From IMG/VR virus record IMGVR_UViG_3300029705_003235: DNA of 64,000 bases. One strand, given 5' to 3'. The translations under genes and the position numbers were made by a program. This document shows, in pieces, positions 37,904 to 46,391 of this stretch (positions are counted from its first letter, which is position 1; each line of letters starts with the position of its first letter). This DNA is from an uncultured virus (IMG/VR IMGVR_UViG_3300029705_003235). Its lineage: Duplodnaviria > Heunggongvirae > Uroviricota > Caudoviricetes. Below the pieces are notes generated by a model. The model was not told the DNA's origin, made no database searches, and saw only the letters and a program-made list of their open reading frames with translations.

Positions 37904-38266
37904 TTATATTGAAAGCATTCTGATTGCAGGAATGCGTTTCTTTTTGTCCGAGCCGATTTCGGTGTATCGTGCGTTTACTTCAGTCAAGCCAGCCATTTGA
38001 AAACCGTGCTTCTGAAACTCTGCGAGGGTTTCAATAAGGCTTGAGAAGGTGCTTGAAATGGTGAACTCGTAAATTCCGTTTGCCTTGAGGCAGTTTGCAA
38101 TGTCCTCAATTTCATGCTCCCAAATGCACTCGTTGAAGTCGATTCTCTCGTTCTCGGTTTCTTCAAGTGTGCGGTATGCCCAGAAAAGTGTAGGGTTGAT
38201 TCCAACCTCTCGAAGGTTGGGAACTTTGTTTTCGATTGCCTTTTCAAATGCTTCAATTTTTTTCAT
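37904..38266 (-). CDS. Conserved phage hypothetical protein
   Basis: GIYEFTISSTFSSL...IPAI; has its own promoter. Confidence 0.75.
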   Translation of the reverse strand: MKKIEAFEKAIENKVPNLREVGINPTLFWAYRTLEETENERIDFNECIWEHEIEDIANCLKANGIYEFTISSTFSSLIETLAEFQKHGFQMAGLTEVNARYTEIGSDKKKRIPAIRMLSI

Positions 38267-38290
38267 TTCAGAATCCTCCAAATAATGTGT

Positions 38291-38397
38291 TTTTGTCCCT
38301 TTCGGTAGTACACATATTACCTCTAAATGTACATTATATCAAGTCATTTAGGGGTAATATACTACACAAAGATTTGGGGTTGGAATTGTGTATATTA
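38291..38397 (-). promoter_or_regulatory. Repeated moron promoter/operator, copy A
   Basis: TTGATA-17 bp-TAATAT with upstream TACACAA..TTGTGTA dyad; homologous to 40129-40233. Confidence 0.75.
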
Positions 38398-38401
38398 TAT
38401 C

Positions 38402-38605
38402 TTAATTGCCACTTTGACAACTATGGATTTTTTCAATGATTTTATTCTGTTCGGCAGCATCAACACCGATGCTTTCAAGTGCCTCTCTCGTTCCGCAATC
38501 AGGGCAGATTTGGCTTTCATTGTCTACCCTTGATAAAGCGGAAGCTCCATAGTAAGTGTTCCCGCATTTGGAACATACTTTTCTTTTATGGGTGTTAGTT
38601 TTCAT
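38402..38605 (-). CDS. Small zinc-finger protein
   Basis: CSKCG...ALSRVDN...ICPDCGTREALESIG. Confidence 0.75.
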   Translation of the reverse strand: MKTNTHKRKVCSKCGNTYYGASALSRVDNESQICPDCGTREALESIGVDAAEQNKIIEKIHSCQSGN

Positions 38606-39068
38606 TCTTGATACCTTCCTTACTGTCAAGCAGAGCTTGGTATAGTATTGTTTCATCGAATTTAAAGTCATGGTAGCCCTCAAGACAAGTCCAATAATAT
38701 GCTTTGGTAGGTATGCCGAGAGGTCGTTCCTCGTGCATTATATATACAAAGCATTTTCTGTGCCTTATCTTGCCTGATTTAATACCCTTGATGTCAAGCT
38801 CCAGTTCCTTCTTGTAATAAAAGTTGGGAAATCCCTCATATGCATCAAGCCGTCTCTCATCGTAGGGTGTAACTTCCCAAACCGCAAGTGGAACGGACGA
38901 GCCTTGCTTTTCCTCAATGGTGAGGTATGAACCTGTCTTGCTTCCTTTGAAGAGAAGCTGATAGTTTTCAAGAACCGCAGTTCCTATGATTCTTGAGCTG
39001 GGGCATCTGTATTTCATCTGCCCAATGTTGAGGTTGCTGCCGTAGGCTAAGTAGTAGCGTTTTTCCAT
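38595..39068 (-). CDS. Gamma-glutamylcyclotransferase (AIG2-like)
   Basis: YLAYGSNL, LDAYEGFPNFY. Confidence 0.9.
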   Translation of the reverse strand: MEKRYYLAYGSNLNIGQMKYRCPSSRIIGTAVLENYQLLFKGSKTGSYLTIEEKQGSSVPLAVWEVTPYDERRLDAYEGFPNFYYKKELELDIKGIKSGKIRHRKCFVYIMHEERPLGIPTKAYYWTCLEGYHDFKFDETILYQALLDSKEGIKNEN

Positions 39069-39153
39069 GTTTTCTTTCATCCTTTCTGAAGGTAATTGTC
39101 CTTCTACCACCTTAAGACCGCCGAAGCGGTCGGTGGGGCTGTGCCTATGACCT

Positions 39154-40104
39154 TCAAGCAACCCTTGAGGTATGTCTAAAGGCTGTGTCCCCTGTAAGGT
39201 TTCTTGTAAGGATGTCTCTTGCGGTTTCAAATTCCTTTCCGATGAAGCCGAGGCGGAGAAGCCAAGTTCTCATTGCATATTTTGGGTTTTCGTTTTGCTG
39301 TGGCTTTGAGCTTGCCGTGCGTACTGTTTTTGCAAGGTTTGAAAGGGCAAGGCAAAGCTGAATGTAACTCTTGAGCTGTCCTGCGTGTAAGCCGTTCAGT
39401 TTTCCGTTGGAGGGTTCATCAAATTGGAAAAGTCTGAATTCAATAGTTCCTTTCGTAAAGGTAGCATGGAGGTTTAGCATATGGTATCGGCTGTCGTTGT
39501 AATGGTTGCTTCTGCCATAGTTTGCACCGTTGCAGTCGTACCAAATGTCTGCAAGTGCTGACATCGTTTTCGGTTTCTTGCGGTTCAGGGTGTCAAGGAA
39601 TCGTGGGTTAACCGTTCGGCAGTAGCTTGAAATTCTGTCTCGGTCGATTTTAAGGCTGTCTGTAAGAAGCCTTTCGTGACTTGCCATAATGTTTGCAAGA
39701 TTGCGAAGGGTCTGTGGTGTGTGTCCCTTTGCACCTATGTGAATGTGAACTCCGCATCCTCGTGAAGCATCGCTTTTTGCTCCGGCTTTTCGTAGCTTTC
39801 TTATAAGCTCCTGTAAAAGCTCTATGTCCTTGTATGTAAGGATGGGGGTTACAAGTTCGCACTTTTGACTGTCAGCTCCGTGAATACTGCTATCCTTTTG
39901 GAATTTCCATTCTCGACCTTCTGAATCCCAAGCCGACCAAGTGCAGTATCCGTTTCTTGCCTCGGTGTTTTGGTAGCGGTCTGTTCCAAAAAGGTCGGCT
40001 GCAATCTTGGCTGCCTTGTCCCTTGTGATGTTGTTCATCTCAACCTCGACCCCAATGGTCTGTTTCTTCATTTCTTCTACAAAAAGTGTTGTTTTTTCGC
40101 TCAT
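39154..40104 (-). CDS. Amidoligase family protein (COOH-NH2 ligase)
   Basis: IGVEVEM, DSSI, CELVTP, CGVHIHIG, RYHMLN, TIEFRLF. Confidence 0.9.
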   Translation of the reverse strand: MSEKTTLFVEEMKKQTIGVEVEMNNITRDKAAKIAADLFGTDRYQNTEARNGYCTWSAWDSEGREWKFQKDSSIHGADSQKCELVTPILTYKDIELLQELIRKLRKAGAKSDASRGCGVHIHIGAKGHTPQTLRNLANIMASHERLLTDSLKIDRDRISSYCRTVNPRFLDTLNRKKPKTMSALADIWYDCNGANYGRSNHYNDSRYHMLNLHATFTKGTIEFRLFQFDEPSNGKLNGLHAGQLKSYIQLCLALSNLAKTVRTASSKPQQNENPKYAMRTWLLRLGFIGKEFETARDILTRNLTGDTAFRHTSRVA

Positions 40105-40128
40105 TACCAAGCCCTCCATAAATCTTTG

Positions 40129-40233
40129 TTTTGTCCCTTTCGGTAGTAACATATTACCTCTAAAAACACATAATATCCAGATGTTTTTCGGCATATACTA
40201 CACAAAGATTTAAGGGTTAAATTGTGTATATTA
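40129..40233 (-). promoter_or_regulatory. Repeated moron promoter/operator, copy B
   Basis: TGGATA-17 bp-TAATAT with the same dyad. Confidence 0.72.
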
Positions 40234-40728
40234 CAGCTCGCTGAACAATGCGTGTCCGAAGAGTTCACGGCACTTTTTGCATAGCAAATCTTCTTCAGTT
40301 CCATCCGCAATTTCACCGCAGTATTTGCAGATGTGTTGGTCTTGTAAGTCCGTGCATATTTCGTTCCCAGACATAAGCTCAAGGTATATTTTGGCGTACC
40401 TTTCAAATTCGCTGCCTGCAGAGTTCTTGGAAGCTTCAATGAAAAACTCCATTGCTTCTTTTCTGCTGTCCCATACTTTTTCAGTTCCGTAGCATATGGT
40501 TTTTACTGTCGCAAGTTTTCTGCACTGGTCTTCACCATAAACAACACTCAAGCCTGAACCATTATCCCACCGAACCATAATTGAACCGGCATCATCGACA
40601 CCTTTCACTGTCCCTTTTGTGCCGATGGGCGGTGCATACGAGTCATTCATATGCACCAATTCAACTCGTGTTCCTTCAGGGTATTGGGTGCGGAGTCTTT
40701 CGACTACTTCTTTGCTTGGGAATTTCAT
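40231..40728 (-). CDS. DUF4314-like protein with C-terminal extensions
   Basis: YPEGTRVELVHMND...GTVKGVDDAG...WDNGSGL; C-terminal CxxC...CxxC. Confidence 0.8.
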   Translation of the reverse strand: MKFPSKEVVERLRTQYPEGTRVELVHMNDSYAPPIGTKGTVKGVDDAGSIMVRWDNGSGLSVVYGEDQCRKLATVKTICYGTEKVWDSRKEAMEFFIEASKNSAGSEFERYAKIYLELMSGNEICTDLQDQHICKYCGEIADGTEEDLLCKKCRELFGHALFSEL

Positions 40729-40729
40729 T

Positions 40730-41425
40730 TTATTCAGCCTCCGTTTCTGTTCGGTTTCCGCTTTTGAAAGCGGAGCTTCCTTCAAGGTTGCGAAGGAGCA
40801 CCTTTCGGATTTCCTTATATTCCTTACCAATGAATCCGAGCCTTAAAAGGAAACAGCGGAAAGCATACTTTTCATTGTCCACCTGCTTTTCTGTTGCAGT
40901 TACTCGCTTTTGGGTCCGTGCCATTTCGCAGAGCTTACATATGAAATGGTCGTAAGCCTTAACCTCGTCCGGCGATTCTCCGCTGAACCAAGGGAAGCAA
41001 ACCTTTTCATCTTCTTCAAGAATTGACAGTTCGTCTGTTTTAAAGGCTTTCTTTAAAAGGTTAGCCTTTGCTGCAACGATGCTCTTAAGGTTTGCCATTG
41101 CCGTTTCTGTGAAAAGGCTTCTCGGCATTGAAACACACAAGCCTGTCGATTCGCTTTGGTCGGAAGGTTCTGCTGGCTCGTCAGCTTCCGGCAATCCCTC
41201 TGCTTCAAAGTTGTTGTCGTGGAGCATTTCAAGCAATCTTTCAATAACCTCGCTGTCGGCATTGTCATCGAAACATAAAGTTCCGTTCTTGTCGATGGTC
41301 AGGTAACCAACCTCATAAGCAAAGGTCGGTGCTCCCTTGTACTTTGCTTCGTAGCCCATCCAATTTGCGATTGTTTGAACAAGTTCTTTTCTTTTGCTGC
41401 CTGTTACATTGTACTTAACTGTCAT
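40730..41425 (-). CDS. Conserved phage protein (often labelled virulence-related)
   Basis: YKGAPTFAYEV...NEKYAFRCFLLRLGFIG; C-terminus resembles the amidoligase tail. Confidence 0.8.
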   Translation of the reverse strand: MTVKYNVTGSKRKELVQTIANWMGYEAKYKGAPTFAYEVGYLTIDKNGTLCFDDNADSEVIERLLEMLHDNNFEAEGLPEADEPAEPSDQSESTGLCVSMPRSLFTETAMANLKSIVAAKANLLKKAFKTDELSILEEDEKVCFPWFSGESPDEVKAYDHFICKLCEMARTQKRVTATEKQVDNEKYAFRCFLLRLGFIGKEYKEIRKVLLRNLEGSSAFKSGNRTETEAE

Positions 41426-41445
41426 AAAATGACCTCCTTCAATTT

Positions 41446-41490
41446 TGGTAGTCACATATTACCTCTAAACCCCTGATATATCAAGTCAAT
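41446..41490 (-). promoter_or_regulatory. Repeated moron promoter, copy C
   Basis: TTGATA-17 bp-TAATAT; GGTAGT.ACATATTACCTCTAAA core. Confidence 0.7.
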
Positions 41491-41514
41491 TACGACACTA
41501 ATTATGTAGAAGAA

Positions 41515-43164
41515 TCAAAGCTCAATTTGTGTACTCCACACAATGCCTGAAAGTACAAAGTATACGCACGGCAAAGCGACACCGTTGCCCCACATTTTAT
41601 ATTCCGAGGCATCGGAGTAAGGGGCCTTGAGCCATCGAATAATCTGCTTGAGGGTTTTTGGCTTCTTGCTTGGGTCCGTAACCTTGCGATATGTTTCAAA
41701 CACATCATACCAGAATCTTAAATCCTCGGTTGTTGGTTCGCTGGTCTCAAGAGAGGAACACCACCAATCTGGGAAACCTTGCAGTCTCGCACACTCGGTT
41801 GGTGTTAATCTCCGAACCATATAACTTGTCTCAACCACACCATTTTGGTAACCGGGGTTCGTTCCGTTAACAAGTGTATTTGAAATATCCTCAAGGGGTG
41901 ATTGGCATTCAGCTTTCATCTGTGGATAGAATGAAACTGGCTGTGCTAATGCACCGGGGCCTTTAGCAACAAGAGTCGGTGAAAGCTCCTCTTCAATAGA
42001 AGGCTTATATAAAGCATTCTTGCCTTGATTGAATGCTGCCCGGTCTATGCCATAGCATGGTTCAGAAACACACGCAGCATCTTTATAATCTCTTGAGAGA
42101 AGTGTAGGAGCTTTTCCTTTTTCGACTTGCATATAATAACCAGTAGTTATGGCATACACATCCGGCACATCAACTATAGCAATGCCTCCTTGATTGCAAG
42201 TAGGCGGTGTACCGCTTTTGTCAATTGTGCGAGATGTCTTTGCTTCATATATTCCACTGTGCGGATTATCCGATTTCATCGCATTGCTGTCAGCCGAGCT
42301 GATACCATAAGCTATAGGAGGGTTCATTATCAGCGGTACATTTCCACCGCCAGTCCCCATTCGAGAACTTAAGGTTTGTACCACACCATCGTCATTAAGA
42401 CGGACACGGCTGTCGCACGGATGGTTTTCAATGTTTACGCATTCGCTTGTCTCATCAAAGCAACTTTCAGAACACCGGGTAGCTCTTTGCCACGCTCCGA
42501 AGCTCTCCGCAGAATACCCTGACAAGCCTTCTGACTCAAATAATATTTTTCCGGCACTCCCACTTGCAAAATCTGCGACAAGGAAGATTCTACGCCTGCG
42601 TTGGGGCACTCCCCAATGTTGAGCATCAAGAGTTCTGTATGCAATGCTCCATCCGTCACCCAAGAGGATGTCGGAGTATGCCCATTTGTCTTTTGGAGGC
42701 ATAGGCACCTCGGCTGTCTGTCCTGTGATGCCGATGATGGCTTCGAGGACTGCCTTGAAGTCCCTTCCTTGATTGGAGGAGAAAGCACCGGGGACATTTT
42801 CCCAGACGATGTATCGTGGGTATTTTCCATTGGTTGCACACCTCATTTCTTTTACAATTCTTATTGCTTCAAAGAACAGACTGGATTGTTCACCTTCCAG
42901 TCCGGCTCTTTTGCCTGCAACCGAAAGGTCGGTGCAAGGTGAACCAAATGTAATAATATCAACTGGCTCAATCTTTGCACCATCCATCTTTGAAACATCA
43001 CCATAGTGTTTCATAAACGGCAGCCGTTTTGTTGTTACCCGTATAGGGAACGGTTCAATCTCCGATGCCCATACAGGAACGACCCCGGCAAGTAACCCAC
43101 CAAGAGGGAAACCGCCGGAGCCGTCAAACAGACTGCCGAGAGTCATTTTTTTATTTTCTTGCAT
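41515..43164 (-). CDS. DNA (cytosine-5) methyltransferase
   Basis: LFDGSGG, GSPC, WENVPG, PQRRRR, RRLTPTECARLQGFPD, GNGV. Confidence 0.95.
   Translation of the reverse strand: MQENKKMTLGSLFDGSGGFPLGGLLAGVVPVWASEIEPFPIRVTTKRLPFMKHYGDVSKMDGAKIEPVDIITFGSPCTDLSVAGKRAGLEGEQSSLFFEAIRIVKEMRCATNGKYPRYIVWENVPGAFSSNQGRDFKAVLEAIIGITGQTAEVPMPPKDKWAYSDILLGDGWSIAYRTLDAQHWGVPQRRRRIFLVADFASGSAGKILFESEGLSGYSAESFGAWQRATRCSESCFDETSECVNIENHPCDSRVRLNDDGVVQTLSSRMGTGGGNVPLIMNPPIAYGISSADSNAMKSDNPHSGIYEAKTSRTIDKSGTPPTCNQGGIAIVDVPDVYAITTGYYMQVEKGKAPTLLSRDYKDAACVSEPCYGIDRAAFNQGKNALYKPSIEEELSPTLVAKGPGALAQPVSFYPQMKAECQSPLEDISNTLVNGTNPGYQNGVVETSYMVRRLTPTECARLQGFPDWWCSSLETSEPTTEDLRFWYDVFETYRKVTDPSKKPKTLKQIIRWLKAPYSDASEYKMWGNGVALPCVYFVLSGIVWSTQIEL
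42435..42830 (-). CDS. Nested alternate-frame ORF, M.EcoHK31I beta-subunit-like
   Basis: GAGGTG RBS before ATG 42830; SLSQILQ..VPEKYYLSQKACQGILRRASERGKELP..L..AL. Confidence 0.7.
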   Translation of the reverse strand: MENTHDTSSGKMSPVLSPPIKEGTSRQSSKPSSASQDRQPRCLCLQKTNGHTPTSSWVTDGALHTELLMLNIGECPNAGVESSLSQILQVGVPEKYYLSQKACQGILRRASERGKELPGVLKVALMRQANA

Positions 43165-43174
43165 GGCTTACCTC

Positions 43175-44422
43175 CTAAAACTGCGGAATAGTTTCTTCAT
43201 CCTCAACTTCGGAGTAAGGAATGGTAACGCCATCACGGATGAGCTGTACTTTTTCGGATGAACCGACCTGCTCAATGAAACGGCTTACTATAACATCACA
43301 GAACTTTTCATCAAGCTCAATTGTTCGGCAGATACGATTTGACTGCTCACAAGTAATGAGTGTTGAACCACTGCCACCAAATGGGTCAAGAACAATTGCG
43401 TTTGTCATACTTGAATTCATTATTGGGTAAGCAAGAAGCGGTATCGGCTTCATTGTAGGATGGTCACCATTCTTTTTCGGTTTGTCGAATTCCCAAATGG
43501 TCGATTCTTTTCTGCCAGTGTACCACTGGTGTTTACCTTTCTTTTTCCAACCGAACAACACAGGCTCGTGCTGCCATTGGTAAGGTGAACGACCGAGAAC
43601 AAGGGACTGTTTCTTCCAAATACAAGTGCCGGAAAGATAAAATCCAGCATCATTAAATGCTTTTCTGAAATTCAATCCTTCGGTGTCTGCATGGAACACA
43701 TAAATACTCGCATCATCTGCCATTGCGTTTTCTGTATTAATAAACGCATCAAGCAGAAAATGATAGAATTTGTCATCAGCCATGTTATCATTTTTGATTT
43801 TCCCGGCTGACCCTTCATAATTTACATTGTACGGAGGGTCTGTAATAACAAGATTTGCCTTTTCTTCACCCATCAGCAAAGCGAAGGTTTCAGCCTTTGT
43901 GCTATCACCGCACACGAGCTTGTGTCTGCCAAGTAGCCACACATCACCGGGTTTTGTTTTTACTGGTTTTTTCAGTTCGGCTTCAACATCGAAGCCATCA
44001 TCTTTGATTCCATCTTTAAGTGTGTCTTTGAAGAGGTCATCAATTTCAGCAGGTTCAAAACCAGTAAGTGAAACATCGAAATCCGAACCTTGAAGGTCAG
44101 CTATCAAAAGAGCAAGTTTATCCTTGTCCCAATCACCGCTGATTTTGTTAAGAGCTACATTGAGTGCTTTTTCTTTTTCTTCTGAAAGTTCTACAACTAC
44201 ACATTCAATTTCAGTCATTCCCATAGCCATTAAGACTTTGAGCCTCTGGTGACCTCCGACCACATTGCCAGTTGTCTTATTCCAAATAACGGGTTCAACA
44301 TATCCGAACTCCTCAAGGGAGCGTTTCAGCTTTTCATATTCAGCATCACCGGGTTTCAAATCTTTACGGGGGTTGTAGTCCGCAGGCATAAGCTCGGATA
44401 CTTTTATTTTTTCAATTAACAT
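43175..44422 (-). CDS. ParB-domain N6/N4 DNA methyltransferase
   Basis: YNPR...VGGHQR; TDPPYN; HPTMKP; LDPFGGSGST. Confidence 0.93.
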   Translation of the reverse strand: MLIEKIKVSELMPADYNPRKDLKPGDAEYEKLKRSLEEFGYVEPVIWNKTTGNVVGGHQRLKVLMAMGMTEIECVVVELSEEKEKALNVALNKISGDWDKDKLALLIADLQGSDFDVSLTGFEPAEIDDLFKDTLKDGIKDDGFDVEAELKKPVKTKPGDVWLLGRHKLVCGDSTKAETFALLMGEEKANLVITDPPYNVNYEGSAGKIKNDNMADDKFYHFLLDAFINTENAMADDASIYVFHADTEGLNFRKAFNDAGFYLSGTCIWKKQSLVLGRSPYQWQHEPVLFGWKKKGKHQWYTGRKESTIWEFDKPKKNGDHPTMKPIPLLAYPIMNSSMTNAIVLDPFGGSGSTLITCEQSNRICRTIELDEKFCDVIVSRFIEQVGSSEKVQLIRDGVTIPYSEVEDEETIPQF

Positions 44423-45204
44423 ACCAGACCCCACTCAGCGAAAGCTTCAAAACCACCAACGGAGCGGATGAACTCTCTTGCTGTTTCCACAATTTCATTG
44501 TAAGGAATACCATTAACGGTTTCATCACCGATTGCACAGCAAAGTTCAATCGGCTGCCCGGTTCTCTGTGCTTCAAGCCATGCATAAATATTTACACTTA
44601 CATCTGCTTTGGATAAGTCTTTACCATGCAGACCACCGCCTGTTACACTGTCAGCCATATCGCTACCGAGCTTTCGGTTCGTGGCCCCGGTGTCTACATC
44701 TGTACCACCAGTCCAGTCTCCAATAGGGTTGATTTCCGCATTTGGGAATAAAGAACGCAATACATCAGAACTCGCATTGCTCTGGCAAATAATAAGACGG
44801 CTTCCGTCTTTGATGTACTTGCCATCAAAAGGAAACTGTTCATATATACCTTTTGCAATGTTTGCAAGTGTCTGCTGTTCATAAGTAACGGGTGTTCCTT
44901 TAAAAATTCCATTATCACCGCAACGGATGATTCCATCCTGATTACGAGCAAGATGCTCATCCTGCGGAGTGATTGCAATGTTGCACATAAGGTTTGCACC
45001 GCCTATACGGTTTATGGCTTTTGCAACATCAGTTTTGTCGATTGGAGCAGAGGTTTCGATAATCGCATGGCAAACACCATGTCCAATTAACACCTCAACT
45101 GCAACCTTTGGGTCTTTTTGAGCATTGTATGCTAAATCAACAATTGCTCCTGCAATTCTGTCTGCCACCTTATCGGGGTGAGAGGGATTCACTTTTTCAA
45201 ACAT
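44416..45204 (-). CDS. metK: Short S-adenosylmethionine synthetase
   Basis: HPDKVADRI, GDNG, GGTDVDTGATNRK, GGGLHGKDLSKAD. Confidence 0.82.
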   Translation of the reverse strand: MFEKVNPSHPDKVADRIAGAIVDLAYNAQKDPKVAVEVLIGHGVCHAIIETSAPIDKTDVAKAINRIGGANLMCNIAITPQDEHLARNQDGIIRCGDNGIFKGTPVTYEQQTLANIAKGIYEQFPFDGKYIKDGSRLIICQSNASSDVLRSLFPNAEINPIGDWTGGTDVDTGATNRKLGSDMADSVTGGGLHGKDLSKADVSVNIYAWLEAQRTGQPIELCCAIGDETVNGIPYNEIVETAREFIRSVGGFEAFAEWGLVC

Positions 45205-45207
45205 AAA

Positions 45208-45753
45208 TCATCGTCCTTTCCGAGCATTCAATAAACGCTCCATTAAATCGTCCTGCGGATTTGAACCACCATATTCCGTAGAACAGTTTTCTTTTACTAC
45301 TTGGTAAATCTGATACCAAGTTTGATTGACTTGCTTCATATAGGTTTGGCTCATCGCCACATACGGAGATGCTATAGCATTACCCGTTGTAGGATGCTTT
45401 GCAAGGAATCCGTATTCAGAAATACATTCCTCACATTGAATCCATCTCGACACACTCATTGCATATTGCTCAATGAGCTGTGTGTTAACAAGCTGCTCAC
45501 AACCTCGTTCTCGAAGCCACATCCATGTATCCCTATATACAGCTTCCGCACACAAGTCTTTTCCATTTTTCTGTTCAGCCTTTAGGTATTCTTTAATTGG
45601 CGGTACATCAACACCTTCAAAGCTGACGGGTTCAGGCAGAGTTATTACACTTGCGGTTTTTGTTTTGCCGCTTGCAATTTTGTCGGTGAGTGCTTTTGGC
45701 TTTCTGCCTGCACCGACACGCTGACCGCCTCGGTTCGTACCGTCTTTTGCCAC
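45208..45753 (-). CDS. terS: Terminase small subunit (P27 family)
   Basis: RGGQRVGAGRKPK; HPTTG...SPYV; follows HNH and cos. Confidence 0.85.
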   Translation of the reverse strand: MAKDGTNRGGQRVGAGRKPKALTDKIASGKTKTASVITLPEPVSFEGVDVPPIKEYLKAEQKNGKDLCAEAVYRDTWMWLRERGCEQLVNTQLIEQYAMSVSRWIQCEECISEYGFLAKHPTTGNAIASPYVAMSQTYMKQVNQTWYQIYQVVKENCSTEYGGSNPQDDLMERLLNARKGR

Positions 45754-45779
45754 TGCAAAATCACCTCGCTTTTTAATGC

Positions 45780-45876
45780 CGGGTTAATACCCCGTTTGAT
45801 TTCCGAAATTTGCACACGAAGGGGGGCGCCCGTTCCTCAGCGAGATGGTCGCAGAGATTTTGATACCCCTACCGGG
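45780..45876 (-). other. Putative cos packaging region
   Basis: Non-coding, between HNH and terS; GGGGTATCAAAATCTCT...ACGGGCGCCCCCC. Confidence 0.6.
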
Positions 45877-45913
45877 ATGAAAAAATAAATATAAATTTTA
45901 TTATTTTTATCAT

Positions 45914-46276
45914 CTATGACCGCTTACCCCATCTGTCACCATCACGAGCTGTTATCTCTGAGTGACACGACTTACAAAGCGACATAAGGTTGTCGGATGC
46001 GTGTGTACCACCACGGGAGAGAGGAACGATGTGATGAACCTCTTCGGTCGGAGTAACCTTTCCGTTCTTAAGACACATCTCACAAAGCGGATGCTGTGCT
46101 GCGTGTCTGTCACGGATTCTTTTCCAAGCTCTGCCGTACCTACTCTTGGTTGCAGGGTCACGGATGTATTTCTCGTAGCGTTGGTTCTCTTGCCGTTGGT
46201 GTTCCTCACAGAACCTTCCGTCCGTAAGTTTGGGACAGCCGGGGTGTGAACACGGTCGCTTTGGTTTCTTTGGCAT
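45914..46276 (-). CDS. HNH endonuclease (terminase-associated)
   Basis: CEMC...EVHHIVPLSRGGTH...NLMSLCKSCH. Confidence 0.93.
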   Translation of the reverse strand: MPKKPKRPCSHPGCPKLTDGRFCEEHQRQENQRYEKYIRDPATKSRYGRAWKRIRDRHAAQHPLCEMCLKNGKVTPTEEVHHIVPLSRGGTHASDNLMSLCKSCHSEITARDGDRWGKRS

Positions 46277-46355
46277 TGTGTTTCACCTCCTCGTTGCAAA
46301 AGAAAAACCCCGGTACCTTTTAGCGTACCGAGGTTTGTTCTATTTCGATGATACT

Positions 46356-46389
46356 ATTATAACACAGGTAAACCGAACAAAACGAACAA
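46356..46389 (-). promoter_or_regulatory. Candidate late promoter
   Basis: TGtTATAAT with tandem TTGTTCG repeats in place of a -35 box. Confidence 0.55.
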
Positions 46390-46391
46390 CT

